The position numbers and the translations under genes are program-made. DNA of 64,000 nt from Nymphaea colorata (taxonomy: Eukaryota): contig NC_045138.2 in the NCBI RefSeq assembly GCF_008831285.2, positions 36,580,001 to 36,644,000 on the forward strand, in the 5' to 3' direction. The notes beneath the pieces are model-generated. The model worked only from the letters and a program-made list of their open reading frames with translations, was not told the origin of the DNA and searched no databases. Of the stretch, positions 1 to 13,290 are shown piece by piece (position 1 is the first letter of the stretch; each line of letters starts with the position of its first letter).

Positions 1-478
1 ACTGTTAGAGATACTTGGCATAACCGAGTCTGTATCTTTAAATTCTGGCCTCGGGTCCTGTTTGTTGTCTCTGCACTTTGGAAGTTGGTTTATATCAAAG
101 TCGATGATGAGCTTTGGTCTCCTTCGCCTTTCTCGACTACTCATGTGGGCAATGGCTTCATGTTTCTTTCTCCCTGTAGCACGACCAAAAGAAATCAGGG
201 TACTGGTCGTAACAGCAAAGCTAGTGGTTCTGTGCGCTGGACCGAAGCTTAAGGCCTTGTGGCTACTAACGGCTGATGGCAGTGTCAGGCAGCCTGACAG
301 TTTGAAGGGCTCTACAAAACCGAACACATGGGATTGAGAGGGCTGGATTCAGGACGGCTCCGAGGAGCTTAGGTCGAAGCAAAGGTTTGATCTCTGCGAG
401 CTGGGGAGCTGCAGGGGGCTGGGTTTGTGTTCTTCAAGACGCACACAAGATCCTAGCCAACGCTGCTTTTGGTTTTGG
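1..478 (-). other. Possible exon / 5' end of a minus-strand gene running off the left edge (MSSRERRRRPKLIIDFDINQLP..., ATG at 144)
   Basis: A pyrimidine-rich acceptor (ttcttctttcataattttatctacag) precedes 478 on the minus strand. One frame is open to the window edge except for a single TGA. It has a basic cluster and an EAR-like FDINQLP motif. No family recognised. Confidence 0.25.
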
Positions 479-1496
479 CTGTAGATAAAATTATGAAAGA
501 AGAAGGGAATTAAGAAGCAGTTTTGACCGATTGGTTTGATTGACTTAGTGCATGGTTTATACCAAGTACAACAGTAAATGGTTTAATAAAATAAAATGGT
601 ATAATTTGGAGCCACTAGAGCTCCGTCGTGTGCTAGTTCGTTCTTTCAGACGTTTCACAACATAAATTTTGCAAGTTTTACAGATGGATGGATAGAAACT
701 AGGGTGTAAAAATAAAGAAAATTAACTTGACGTGAACGTGTTTTCATTATGCTACAGAAGGTTGGCTATGTCGTAAAAACTTTTATGACGTCTAGGGCAG
801 GGTGACTTTCACATTTTGATATTTTTAGATGGGCCTCGCTTTTTTTCTAAAAATTCTCATGTAAAGTATTTGAGTTATTTTTTGGCGCTGTCAGCAATAT
901 TAAGCCTTACATTGAAAAGGTAAACGTTTACACTTTACAGCCATATGATGGTTTTTGAAACAAGAAGAAGTTCTTAAGTATGTATATTTAGAACATATAT
1001 TCCAAAAACATAATATTCTTCTTAACTACTGTTATTTGGAGTATTTAGTTGTCTTGAATCTGATCAATTTGCACGTTCGTGTGGCAGTTGAGGTGTGTTC
1101 ACCGTACAGCTGGGCGCTCGACCCAAGTGTTGCATCTTACCTTCGGTTTTGGTGTGGCACATAACCAGTTTGTTAAAATGGAAATTTAATCGGATGCGAT
1201 TTTGATTTACTAATTCAGCTAAATCGTCATGAATTTAAAATATTATTACATAAATTAATATTATAAAAAATAATTTTAAATATAGAAGATGATAAATATT
1301 AAAATAGTAAAAAAAAATGTGGCAGATAGCATTTGTAAATCATCCGCGGTGCATCAAACCTATGTGCCACCAACTGCATCCGAGTCCACCATCTGAGGTT
1401 AATTTCCCCAGAACCACCTGCACACATCTTTATGAGTACTTCCCATACCACATGCAAATCTTTGCAGCCTAGCCTAATTGATTATAATAAGAGGTT

Positions 1497-1501
<5 letters not shown>

Positions 1502-1538
<37 letters not shown>
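1502..1538. repeat. (AG)n microsatellite
   Basis: Directly visible. Confidence 0.95.
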
Positions 1539-1542
<4 letters not shown>

Positions 1543-4500
1543 GTCAATTGTCAAATTGCGTGGTGATTCTGCAAAGCAGCAATATGGCGATGATGCATGT
1601 TCTGCAGATATCAAGGCTGGTGGGTGAAAGATAAACTCCTTCATTGGAAATGAAGGGCGTCCCTGATGATTGCCCACATATGGGTGCATAGCTGCTACTC
1701 ATACTTCACCCAATTAGGCAGATGTGACCAGTTACCGAATAACCGTACCTGGATATCCATCATAGTTGGATATTTCTGCTAGATTCAAATGCAAAATCAT
1801 GACCGGACGTCCTCGCCGCAATATTGATCAAATCTAGATGTCCTGTCCTCGCTTTGACTAACTGGGGGGTTAGATTCAGGTGGTAATCGGAAAGATCCAC
1901 CACAGTTCCCAAATATAGATTCGTTCAAGTCTTCCATTCCTTCAGACTTCAGAGAATAGATGGCCGCTACAAATTTATGCCTCAGTCCTTGAGATGCCAT
2001 CTCAGTGTTCGCTGGTGTCGATTCTGCAGTCTGGACAGCCATGGACGTGTTGCTGTGCTGCCATTTGCACGCTATTAGATTGCACTGCAACCTTGTGAGG
2101 AAACCGAAAAAGGAAGAAGGAAAATGGCAGCAATGGTTGATTTTAAAATAAGGAATGAGGTGGAAAGATGGTGCGTATTGTTCCCCGCGTTTTGCTTATT
2201 ACCTCTCTCTTCCTTCATCCCTTTTTAATCACCACCGCCACCGCCATCACCATTTTCTTTTTCTTTCTTTTACTTAAACCTTGGGAGTGAAAGTGCGCAC
2301 CACTTTGGGAGTCTTTCTCGGATTAGTATTATTTTGTGGTAAAGTGCGATCTACACAGATCTCGATGAAACTGGTTTCAGAAAACACGTATAGATGGTTT
2401 ACCATTGTGAACATCAATGAGGTGCGATATGCATTGGGAAGTCATTCGACAGATGAATAGTCGTCCTCTCAGAGTTTATGTGCACATTTCTAACTCAATT
2501 TTCAGATGATGGTGCCAGAAGATAAAGCCTCAAAATCCAGATAATTCTTGCTTATAAAGGAACCATGTTAGGATATTTTTGTACAATTATCCAAACTATG
2601 AAATCCTGAAAACATGGGGTCTTGCTTATCCATGTATTATATGTGGGAGACATATCTTGTACGGTTCACTTTTTACTCAGTTTTAGAAGCCTGGCCAGAA
2701 GGACAGGACAAAAGAGCACAACACAAATACTCTTGTTTAAGTTTTCATTTCCCTAATAATGTAACATATCGGAATCCTTGACATGTCTGGTTCCTGTACA
2801 AATCGCAATTGCAAATATCTTACACGCCTGTATTGCTGAAGATCAGGTTTTTCCTTTCAAATTCGAGTAAAAAGGGTTTCACGTATTCGAATTCAATGGG
2901 TGTAAAGCACTGAACACCTAGGATATTGAACAAATGTTTTTGGGAAAAAATCCTAACTAATAATTTCTTTTAAAAGAATAAAAAGACAGGAAATGGGCAT
3001 TTTACATCCACCAGAAACAAGAGGGAGTGAGCTGCGAATCAATTCCCAAATACCCTTTTTAAAGAGGTTTTCACAAAGACACGTTTCTTCTTGAATCTAG
3101 GAGTTACACAACAGAGCAAAACATTTCAGCCGGAAACATTATCTATTTTCTCATAGTTGCTTACAAAGCGTGAAGAAGATGATGTGAATTTAGTGCGCCA
3201 ATTAATTGACAAGAAAACAGGAAAACCTGCTCGATCACTAAGATGAAATTGGATAATGCCGTCCGTGGTGTGATGCGTTTCTGAATTTCATATTCTTTTG
3301 CTTGGACCGGCACCTACTTTCTTATTTTCTACAGCCACCTTCATATTTTCTATGTTTCCTTTCAGCCCACATGGAAAATGCTTAGCACCCCTTTTTGGCT
3401 TTGATGAATGGTATCTGACCTAATTATGGGCCCGAGTCTACATATCAGGCACATGCAAATCAAGGGTTTATATGGATCCGTTTAAAATTTAACTTATATA
3501 ATAAGATAATGAACATACATAGAACAGGCCTGAGCTGCTTTCTCCCGTGCTGGTCAGTCCGGTTCAATGAACTCGATGTTAATTTAATGGTAGCCTGCAG
3601 ATTCCGGCTGATCACACCTTTGACTACTTGTCGTATCTATGTGATTATAAGCTTTTTCTTCGAATTTTTTGTGATGGTTTCCAACTCGAGCTTTGTATTA
3701 GTGATGGGTGTTCACATGAATCATGATTCAAAGTCTAAAGTGGACTTTATGAAGAACAAACTTTACATGCATGGCTTAGCATGATCTAATTTGCCATTAA
3801 AAGTAAGCAGAAATTCTATTCTTCTGCTGCCCGGCCCCCATAAATTCTAGATTGCAGTGACTGGCATGCTTTGACGATTCATTATTGGTATTAGTACACG
3901 TATGAAGTACCTATGGTCAACATACCTTTTATACTTATAAGACTCAACATTCAATAAGAAACTTTTTGATGGTTGGAAGTGGGAGCAAATTAGTTGGGAG
4001 TCGCCAAAAATTTAATATAAAACCATATGAATAAATATGAACAAGGTAGAAGGCCCAATGGTCAGATCCCCAAGAAGCTCAATCTTTTCAAAGTCCATGT
4101 GCCAATTACTAAAAACTGGCAAAAGCAAAAACTTTATGAGCTGAATATCAGAGAGAACGCCAGTCACAGTCATATGGGCTAGTTGAGAGATAAGGGGACG
4201 GTGCCTTTAGAATAAGACAGGTGTTGCCTAGTGCAGGGGCTTATTCAACGAGTGACTCATGTCAAGCCACATATTACATAAATCCACTACATGGAGCCAA
4301 GGCAGACTCACCTTTACTTTGCATGGTGTCTGCCCTTATCAAGACATTGCTAGGTCCACACGAGTCTGTCTTTCTCTGCCCCACACTTACCTCAATCCAT
4401 TAATAATTCCCATAGAATTGGTTCCACTTTCGTGAACAGCATTCACCAACTTGGGTGCAACTATAAATCCATCAACACCACTCAAAAAAGGTAACTCCAG

Positions 4501-7500
4501 CCAACACCATGGCTTCATGGGCACCAAGATTGTAATGACACTTGTCCCAGCCAGACCAACTACGCTTTAAGGCCACTACTGGATGCAAATCTGGTAGCAG
4601 ATTTGTGTTTTTTTTTTGTCTGAAAATCTTTATGCTGAACAAGTGGCTCCATTTACCTAGCTTGGAAGGTAGTGTAAGGAGTTGTTTTAGTAGTAGGCAT
4701 ACCTGATTGAGGCAGATTCATGCAACACTGTAACTAATGTTCTATGAATCTAACCCAATCTTTAGGTAGATGACTCTTAAGAGTTTCAAATTCTCCCTAA
4801 TCTCCTATTATCTATTCCAATAAAATTGAAGACTTTGGTTGTTGATAAAACAAACAAGTTTTGTTGGAATTCTTTGGCAAGTATCGAATTTTGGGTATTT
4901 ACCATCAGTTAAGAATGAAAATATCTGTATGACGTAGGCCCACTCCCATTTGAAAAAGGGAACTGATATGTTCCACTTGTTAACAGCCAAAAAAGAAAGG
5001 GAAAAGGAAACTGCACACAACCTGGCCTAAAATTGTAGCCCATATTATAACTCTTATCTTAACCTAACCAGTCTTCGTCTTACATTATTTTTTGCAGCTT
5101 CATGCAGAATTTCAAGAAATTGACACCATGCATATCTGAGCCCCCTTGAGAGTCTCTTGTTTCTAAGACTAAGATATAATATACTGGAGGACCACGTTGT
5201 TATGGCATCATTCTCACCCCTTACAAAAGCGTCACCAAAGATTTGGAGGATCCAAAAACAGCCTTGACCAAGGTTCCAAATAAAGATTTAGGGAATATTA
5301 CTTTGTTTCCATGTCCTTTTCCACTAAAATGTTCTAGTCTTTGTTTATTTATTTAAGTATCCTCCGTTTACCTATTCTGTTTTTCATGTTGGTTCGTGTC
5401 AGACTCCAATGAGGTGTCGACACAGAGACGATAACAAAGATGCTCGTTCTTTATAGTGTTTTGCAGGGTGGAGGTATTCTGTACCGGATAATTTTTTCTC
5501 TCCTCTCTCTGCTGCGACCTGTCCCGAACCCAACTCCTTATCGGACTATGTCTTTATCGGGCCACAAAATTGAGTTCCTATGTGCGTGCGTGAGAGATTG
5601 AGAAGTCTTCCTTTGATTAGGAAATGATATAGTCATAATAAACCAACCTGCTATTTGCATTGAAACCAAACCATCTTGGCTGGCAAGGCCACATGATTAG
5701 TCCGTTGGTAACTGAATTCCATTCAAAGAATGATATTACAAGAAAAAGAACTGGGTTCGTTGAACTTTGAAGACAAAGCAGATATATATCTATAACACCC
5801 TATACGTGTGTAGTATCTATCTCAGTCGCACCTGAAGATTGCCGTAACCTGGCACAAAGCGGGTCTAACGAGGCCCTACGTGCAAGAAAGAAAAAAAAAA
5901 TCTATTCCATTAGAGACTGACATGCTTCTCTTCAAGTGCATTACTCCTCAAAAAGAAATTCAAGGTTTTCAGTTCGACGTGACTCAGGTCCCACTGAAAA
6001 TGCAAAATACAGTGTTCTGCGAAGGAAAGCGCCGAGCAAAGTTTAATTTTTACCGTATCTTAAGAATTCAAGCCAAGTTTAACCTTTGCTGTGTCTAAGA
6101 ACTCACATTAAAATTCTTCTGAACTTGTTAAAAGGAAAATTAGAAATAGGAAAGGTTGTGAATTTATGCACACAGCCTAAATTGATCTCCTCCTTCAGGG
6201 GAGGGGAAATTCAGAAATAAAAATCTAAAATAGATACATGGTGGGCAAAGAATTTTCTCATTAATAGAAGTGGGGATGTAGAAGCTACCGAATAACTGAA
6301 AAGAGCAAAAGCTTCTTTCCAAATTCTTTCCAAGTCTATCGTCTCATATTCTTTTCTATTGGTGGGGAACGGGCATGAAAAGAAGATGGGCAGGGTGTTG
6401 GATGGCCAATCATTGAGTAAATTGTATCGAACGGTTAAGCTGCGCTCAACACCAGAATTGAGTGTAACCATTCAGCACCTGTGGCTGTGGACAGGTTTGG
6501 TGGTGGTGGCTGGAGAAGGGACCAGGTTTGAGTGGCTCTGGTTCGCCTAAACGAGCCCACAAAATTTGGCTGGATGATAAAAAGGCGTTGGGGAATTCTG
6601 GTTTGGCCTAGTTTGGTAGAAAAAAGATAAAAAGAGAGGAGGGAGGGGGAGGAAGGTTCGCCTGACTGTGGTGAAGATCAGGTGGGAGCAGTGAGGGTCT
6701 GGACGGCAGGACCCCACTCCTCCCTTTCTTTTCTTCATCACAGGCTTTCCTGCCAGATTTGTTCATGGTTTCATACCGAATCCAGATACGATTCCAACCA
6801 CCAGGATCTCCATCTATTTGTTAAATCTGTGGTGCCGTTCTTGCGAAATAGCTTCCGGAAGGGAAAAGGTGGAACTTCCACAAAATCTCAGGGCCTTCTC
6901 CTTCGAAAATTTGGAAGCAACTCTTATCAAAGTCCTTCTGGGAGAGACAAAAGGTCGGTCCTTAAAAAGGTATCCGGTTTTCTTTGTCAGTGGAGCATCA
7001 CCCCGATCACCCCTGTCTGTTGGAATTCATCTCTCTCTCTCTCTCTCTTATCATTTTTCTCTTTTAGAAGCGAACCATTATTTGCTTGTGGAAGCCCTTT
7101 TTTGCCTCTTTAAACCCAAGGTTCTGGGGGTTAAAGAATTCGCCCGCCTGTGTCTATCGTGGCCAGCATTTGTGGGGGTTATAGTGCTGCTGGATCTAAA
7201 GGTTCCCCGATTCATTGCATGATAAAATTGAAAGTATTCCCAAATCAAATTTAGTGGCGGGGAGAGACCAAATATTCCTTTCTCTTTGTTAATGACTAGG
7301 TCCACTCTGAATGGTAGTATTTTAAAAAGATCGACCTTTTAGTGAGAGTTGCTTTGTTCAATCAGCATTATCTTTCCCTCTACCACGATTCAATCCCAAT
7401 AAACGAAAGTCTATCTTTACACTGAAGGCCTTGATTCTTCCACTGTTTTGACAGTGGCTTCCTACTTTTTCTTCCTTCTCTTTTTTTGTTCAAGTACCCT

Positions 7501-7636
7501 GGTGTAATAGCACTCTTTGTTGGACTCTTTGCTCTATCTTTTACTTTTGGGACAACCCGTCATTGAAATCATCAGCATCTCTAGGAATCTCCTTTATGTG
7601 ATACTTTTCTTCTTGATATCCTACCTGCCTTTCTTG

Positions 7637-8278
7637 ATGCTCTTCAGACCTCTGGCCCTGCGGTTCCTGCGTTCACATGTCTGCACCAAGGATGAGATGA
7701 AACCTTTGCTGATGCTGTTCTGCCAAGCATTGTTTGGTTTGTGCGGTCAGTTGTTGATGAACAGTCTTCTTTTTGCCTTTCCCTTCGTACTCTTTTCAAA
7801 GAGATCGACGAGGAAAAAGATCTCCGCAAGGACCGAACGCGTCGAGGAGATCATGGAGGAACCATCGGTCCTTGATCTGCCTGAATTGGTTCTCGAATCC
7901 ATTCTGGGGAGGTTGTCTCCTGCTGGGCTGTGTAACATGGCTGCAGTTTGTAGTTCCATGAGGGACAGATGCAGGAGCGATCATTTGTGGGAGAGGCATA
8001 TGAAGGACAAGTGGGGCAAGGTGATCGGAGAAGCTGCCTTCAGGGAATGGCAGTACTATGTCACAGCAAGGAAGAGTTTGGGTGTTCTGGACGATGGGAG
8101 GTCGAAAGGATGGATGGGCAGCCTTTCGTGTCTTTGGCCTTTATCATGGCTCAGATCAAAGATTGATGGTGGCGGTGGCAGACTGAAGAATTCCTTGCCG
8201 GTCGACTCGATTAAGTCGTGGTATCTGTCTCTTGAAAATGGGAAGTTCTGGTTCCCCGCCCAAGTCTATAATCGAGAG
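7637..8278 (+). CDS. F-box gene coding exon 1 (hydrophobic N-terminus plus F-box)
   Basis: First in-frame ATG at 7637. Ends ...YNRE|gtaatc. Homology suggests the true N-terminus begins near 7596-7600. Confidence 0.9.
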
Positions 8279-10375
8279 GTAATCTTTTGGATTTGCTGTC
8301 TGGAACTCTGTTTTTACATTTCCTAATTCATATGGACTTGCTTATTTGTACAGGTTGAGTAGGTCTGAGTTATTGGCCCTTTTTTTTTCAATATTTGGAT
8401 TATCTGTTGATCAATGTTTTCATGAGACGAAAACGAAACATGTATTTGTGTGTGCTAAAACGTGGACGTGCTCCAATGCTTCTTGGAAATCTTTTTAGTG
8501 GTCATGCATTTACTAGGTGATGGAGTTTTCTCCATTTAGCTGGCAATTGCTGGCAGGCTTTTGATAAGATGTTCTAAATTGGGGTTACATTAATTTGGCC
8601 GAACGCTTTGTTTCTTGGAATTATGTTTTTTTTTCTCATATCAATATGGTATTCTGTAATATTAATTGTTTACTCACGTGAAGGTTTTCCTTTTTTATGC
8701 GTTTGCACCTACAGCATGGGCATGTTGGATTCATGCTGTCCTGTTATGATGCCGAACTCAGCTACGATTGTCACACTGATACATTCCACGCAAGGTACTT
8801 TTACTAGCCTGATCTGGTACTATATTTCAAGTTTGCATGATTGACTTTCTACTTCGGGCATTTCAGCACTAATGTCTTGAGAGTCGTTTTTTTCTTTATA
8901 AAAATGACGAAAGGACCTTAACCAAATGATTTATGGAACCAGTTCCTGATATGTGTCTCTACCTGCGGCATGCATTGTGTCAGGCTATGATCAACTAACC
9001 TCACCTGGTCTTAGTACTTGATTTCTTGTCTTCGTCTTTTGCATGAATCGAGTTTGCCCAAATTGGAAGATAGTAATTGAACCAAGGCCCTAATAATGCT
9101 AAAGCATATCATAGGAATTTCTTGCTGCATAAAGTTACTATATTGGTGCCAGATTTTGTTAATTTAATCTGCTCTTCTTGTAGGTACCCACCTCATGGGC
9201 GTAGAACAATTGTGATTGAGGAAGGAGTCCAGTGGGAGAGATTAAGAGCACCTCCTGTTGACACTCCTGCCCATGATCTTCACATATCAGACTGTCTAAA
9301 TGATCTGCAGCCCGGCGATCATGTTGAGATTCAGTGGAGAAGAAACAAAGAATTTCCTTATGGTATGTGTCCTGTTTGTTTCTGAAACATGAAAGGGATG
9401 CTTAACTATCTGCTGTACCTTGATACATGTACTTTTAATTGCTGTGGATTTGATTGTTTCCTATTATAGGATGAGACGTGGTATTGTTTCCATCCATTTA
9501 GGCACTTGGGACCACTTTTCATATATTTAATAATCATAATCTTGGCGGCAAAAAGAGAGATCAGTTAAATGATCATAAAGCTGGCAGGCTAAACACCGAT
9601 AGTGCTAGGCCAAATGCAGCCCCCGCTGTTATTGGAAGTGTGGCTTGAGACTCAGGCGACTTTTCCAACTATGGTGTCCTGTGAGTTTCTTCGGCTGATT
9701 GGTACTAGTTGTTAAGAACCTTACAAATGATTCATGAATGTATGGTATCCTCCCCGTAATGAAATGGTTCCAGTTGAAGTGAAGCTTTGTTAGTATCATA
9801 CTACAATTTTCTTTGTTGTTTTATTTGTATAAGACTTATGGTCTCTTGTGGATTGTTTCTTCACAGGCTGGTGGTATGGGATTGTTGGTCACTTGGAGTC
9901 ATGCGATGGAAATGAATACAATTGCCGTTGCCATGTAAATGGTAAGAAGTTTCTGTATTGCTCTTCTCAAGTTATGAGCCAGGTTAACCATTCCCTGGCT
10001 TGACGTCAATACATAGAAATCCATGAATTTGGCATTGGTCACAGCATAAATTTTTGCATCTGGATTACACTTTTCATTTTCTGGTTGCAAAAATTGAAAG
10101 ACCTGCATGCAATCGGGCAACACTCCTTCTAAAAACTATCCATAGAGCATCTGTGTGACAATTTGCATTCTGGAACCATGCTGGCAGATACTGTGATATT
10201 GGAGTTCAACCAGTATACACCTGGTTCACGGTGGCGACGAGCAGCCATCAATAGGAGAGAACACAGGGAAGAAGGGAATGAGACAGATGGGTTCTATGGT
10301 GGGATCAGGAAGCTGCAGAGCAAGGAAGAAATATCCACTTGGAAGCGGCTATGGCCAAATGAGGTGTTAGAATAG
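7637..10375 (+). CDS. F-box protein, At2g32560/At2g26850 family; 5 coding exons: 7637(or 7598)-8278, 8715-8794, 9184-9362, 9867-9941, 10188-10375
   Basis: F-box motif [42 protein letters not shown]. Family motifs [69 protein letters not shown] and [14 protein letters not shown]...[10 protein letters not shown]. All introns are GT-AG and the phases are consistent. Confidence 0.95.
8715..8794 (+). CDS. F-box gene coding exon 2 ([27 protein letters not shown])
   Basis: acag|CATGGG...GCAAG|gtac, with a conserved family motif. Confidence 0.93.
9184..9362 (+). CDS. F-box gene coding exon 3 (YPPHGRR...WRRNKEFPY)
   Basis: tgtag|GTACCC...TATG|gtatgt, with a conserved family motif. Confidence 0.93.
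9867..9941 (+). CDS. F-box gene coding exon 4 ([24 protein letters not shown])
   Basis: cacag|GCTGG...AATG|gtaag. Confidence 0.93.
10188..10375 (+). CDS. F-box gene coding exon 5 (TVILEFNQY...LWPNEVLE*)
   Basis: ggcag|ATACTG...GAATAG, matching the conserved C-terminus. Confidence 0.93.
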
Positions 10376-10650
10376 ATGTCACAGTTTTCAGCCTGTAACT
10401 GCATTATTAGTTACTTACCTTTGGTCACAAGTGGCTGCAGTGCTGTCAGGGAAACAGGAGCCCCCCCAAACTTGCAATTGGAGAAGCCAACTTGGTTGAA
10501 GTTTATATATCCCATGTCTATATTTACTATCCATGAGTAGGTAAAATTAAGATCAGATTCAGGAGCAACAGTAGCAATTTCCAAAGGGAGCATTAGATCA
10601 TTCTTTAAGAGTTCGTGAAATTAGTGTTTCCTTCAATACTTGAGCGGAAT

Positions 10651-10735
10651 TGTCTGCTCTCTTGTGGAATATACTGCAAACTTGTATGTAGATTTGTCTG
10701 CTCTCTTTTGGAATATACTGCAAATTTGTGTGTAC
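10651..10735 (+). repeat. ~44-bp tandem duplication in the F-box 3' UTR/flank
   Basis: tgtctgctctctt(g/t)tggaatatactgcaaa(c/t)ttgt occurs twice. Confidence 0.85.
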
Positions 10736-11470
10736 TATATTTCTCAAATTGAATATTCCTAGTGGCTGATGTAATTATTGCCATAGGTGATCAAATAGTC
10801 CTGAAGTTATGGGATATTGTAATTGAAGGTTCAGTTAGAGTAAGATATGCTGAAGCTCTCTGTTTCATATGAAGTGGAAGCTCTTGTAAATCTGCAGCGT
10901 GTCCCTTCTTGAGGATCAGTCAACCTGTCCTATAGGTTTATCACTTAGGACGTTGCAAGAAGTGTTTGTAGAAATGTCAAAGCTTGCATGAATTTGTTGC
11001 ACACATTAGCTGAGAAAAGCCTGCTGACTCCTGTTCAGTTGTACTGGTCATGGATGTTTGTCACACCTTGATCTATGGAACTAGTGGCAGAATTTACTTC
11101 TAAAAAGTTTGCATAGGAATAATTTGGCGTCCGAACCTTCTTGCCGAAGCTACCAAGCTTATCAATAAAAGTAATGCAGGATCGTGTTGGTAAATTCTGG
11201 AGTTAGTCCACCAAAATATTGTTGTTAAATCATTGTTCGGCATGCATATCTTATAGGCAGTTGTGCAAAATGCTGAAGGAACACTTGTACATCTTCGTAT
11301 CTAATCATGAGTGGAACGAAATGTTAATAATATTATGTCTACTCGTAATAACGATGATCTTGCAATCTTTTCACTTCAGTTACATAAGTTCATGTAAAGA
11401 AAATTCGGTCTCGTAAATTGCAGAGTCTTACAAAGCAATATTCGTTCATTGCTTTGGGAAATTCGAGAGT

Positions 11471-12940
11471 ATGGATGACTTATCTAGTGAGATGTTCCTT
11501 GCAAACGCATTCTGAAGGATGAACTCTATGCTATAACTAATCGGTTTTCTTCTTTAAAATTTCTTTTTAGGAGCCTATAATTTTACTCTTGATGGTGCCT
11601 CATAAAAATAACAAAACGATCAATGTGTCTAAAAATGCAAAACATCAAAACCCGGATCAGCGTGTGAGCAGACAGAACAGGGAAGAGTTGTTAATTGGGA
11701 TTTTTGTAACTTGGCTGAATTTTTGACAAGAACCTTCTCATTTGCTGCAAACTACTACCCCGTAAAAGCAACACTCTGACATATTGTAGGGGCATTTGCT
11801 TTTGTTCTTCAGTTGAAAGTAGCCAGAAAGTTGTGCCTTCATATGTAGCAAATTCTAAGAAACAATATCTAATATTTAAAAAGGTGGCATGTCGTCTGAA
11901 CTCCTTGAATCATATATCATCAAGGTCGGGGGCAGGGCAACAGTATCATCTATCATAGACATGTTTACCCTAATCAACTTAAACCCAAATATAAGACAGG
12001 CGAAGTAAAGTCCAGGATGCGGCCGGTGAGCATCCCAAACACAATTGGTTTGGTCGTCTCTTTTACCCAATTTCTTTTTCCTCTCTATTTGTTGACTGGC
12101 CTTCCAAATTCCAATCAACAGATGTGTTCTCGAGTTCCTCCGGTTGAAACGATTAACGAGCTGCGGCCAATTAATACTATTGGGACTATGATGCAATCTG
12201 CTAATTCTTTGCAGCATCATCACACCAGAAACACCCTCTGATTAAAAAAAAAAACAAAAAAGATTATAAAAGACATTTAATGACAATGCGTTGGCTATTG
12301 ATGGCCCCAGTTAAGAAGGCACTCGATTTGAGGATTCCGCACCGCTTTCAAAAACAAAAAGGGATTTGGAAGCATGTGGGAGATGAGAACCAACTAAGGC
12401 AGACCAAAAACACGTCTTCTTTCCTTCTTAGAATAGACCAGTAAAGAATAGAACCAGCTTAGGCACGAGTTGGATGGAATGTTCTAATTTACGCATTTCA
12501 TTTGTTTGTCTGAAGGGTCTGCTTCTTAGAATCATGCTTCTTCTGCCCTATCAATATGCCCTATCAATATGTTTTGGTGTCCTGTTATGATGCTGAACTG
12601 AGCTATGATTACCGCACTGATACATTCCATGTTTTGAGTTTCCATATAATCCATTTACCACTAGCACCTACTTTCTTATCTTCAGCTGTGGCAGGTTCGT
12701 CCTAAATTGGAATTGGGCAATTGAAGGGAGGCCCTAATAATGCTAAAACATACCATAGGAATCTCCTGCTGCGTGAAGTGAAGTTAATATATTGCTTCTG
12801 GGTCTCTTTCAACTTGATCTGTTCTTAAAGTTATCCACTGCGATGATCGAGGAAGAAGTCCACCCGCAGCCGGAGAAATTGAGAGCACCTCTACGTTTTG
12901 GAGTCCCGACATATGCTTAGTACAGAGTGAGCGACGCCAA
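11471..12940 (+). repeat. Module M1 (~1.45 kb); diverged direct copy at 25099-26478 and partial inverted copy at ~54601-54840
   Basis: The copies share the start atggatgacttatctagtgagatg and the end tacagagtgagcga(c/t)gccaagc, with colinear sequence between. Confidence 0.9.
12470..12893 (+). pseudogene. Degenerate F-box gene fragment (intron 1 - exon 2 - intron 2 - exon 3), sense
   Basis: 12578-12631 matches exon 2 (8737-8790). ggccctaataatgctaaa matches intron 2 (~9086). gaggaagaagtcc...gagagcacctc matches exon 3. Confidence 0.9.
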
Positions 12941-12954
12941 GCATGGGAATTCAT

Positions 12955-13290
12955 TTGATGCCAATTAAGTTTGGAGGTGTTTGGGTGAGACCCTTGTCTA
13001 ACCAAGTTTAGTAATTAGTAGTTTGGATGACGCGCTCAAAAAAATTGGTTTTCTGAAAGCTAGTTTTAGAAACGAGGTTTTTAATCAGCTTTGAAAAACT
13101 AGTTTGTGTATTTGGGTAATAGAACCAAAACTTATTTTGTTGTGAATAGGCTAGGGGTGCATGGTTATTCTTACCCTTTTTTAGATGCAGTTTATGGCAA
13201 AACTATTTTTTTGTGTCATCCAAATGCCTTTGAAATAGAAAAACAATAATTTATATCTAAAATTTGTTTTTGGGTGTCATTCAAACGCCT
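12955..13290. mobile_element. MITE-like remnant(s) with gtttggatgac / gtcatccaaa-type ends
   Basis: Repeated gtgtttgg, gtttggatgac and gtcattcaaacgcct motifs in AT-rich sequence. The same piece recurs at ~19000-19140 (-) and ~20120-20250 (+). Confidence 0.45.

Noticed and set aside
4150..4520. Solo-LTR-like segment with ctataaat
   Set aside because: No TG...CA boundaries, TSD, PBS or PPT could be identified.
7517..7597. ORF-track start of the 269-aa ORF at 7517, and its tail 8279-8326
   Set aside because: The start is a TTG upstream of the homologous N-terminus, and the tail is intron 1 read-through.
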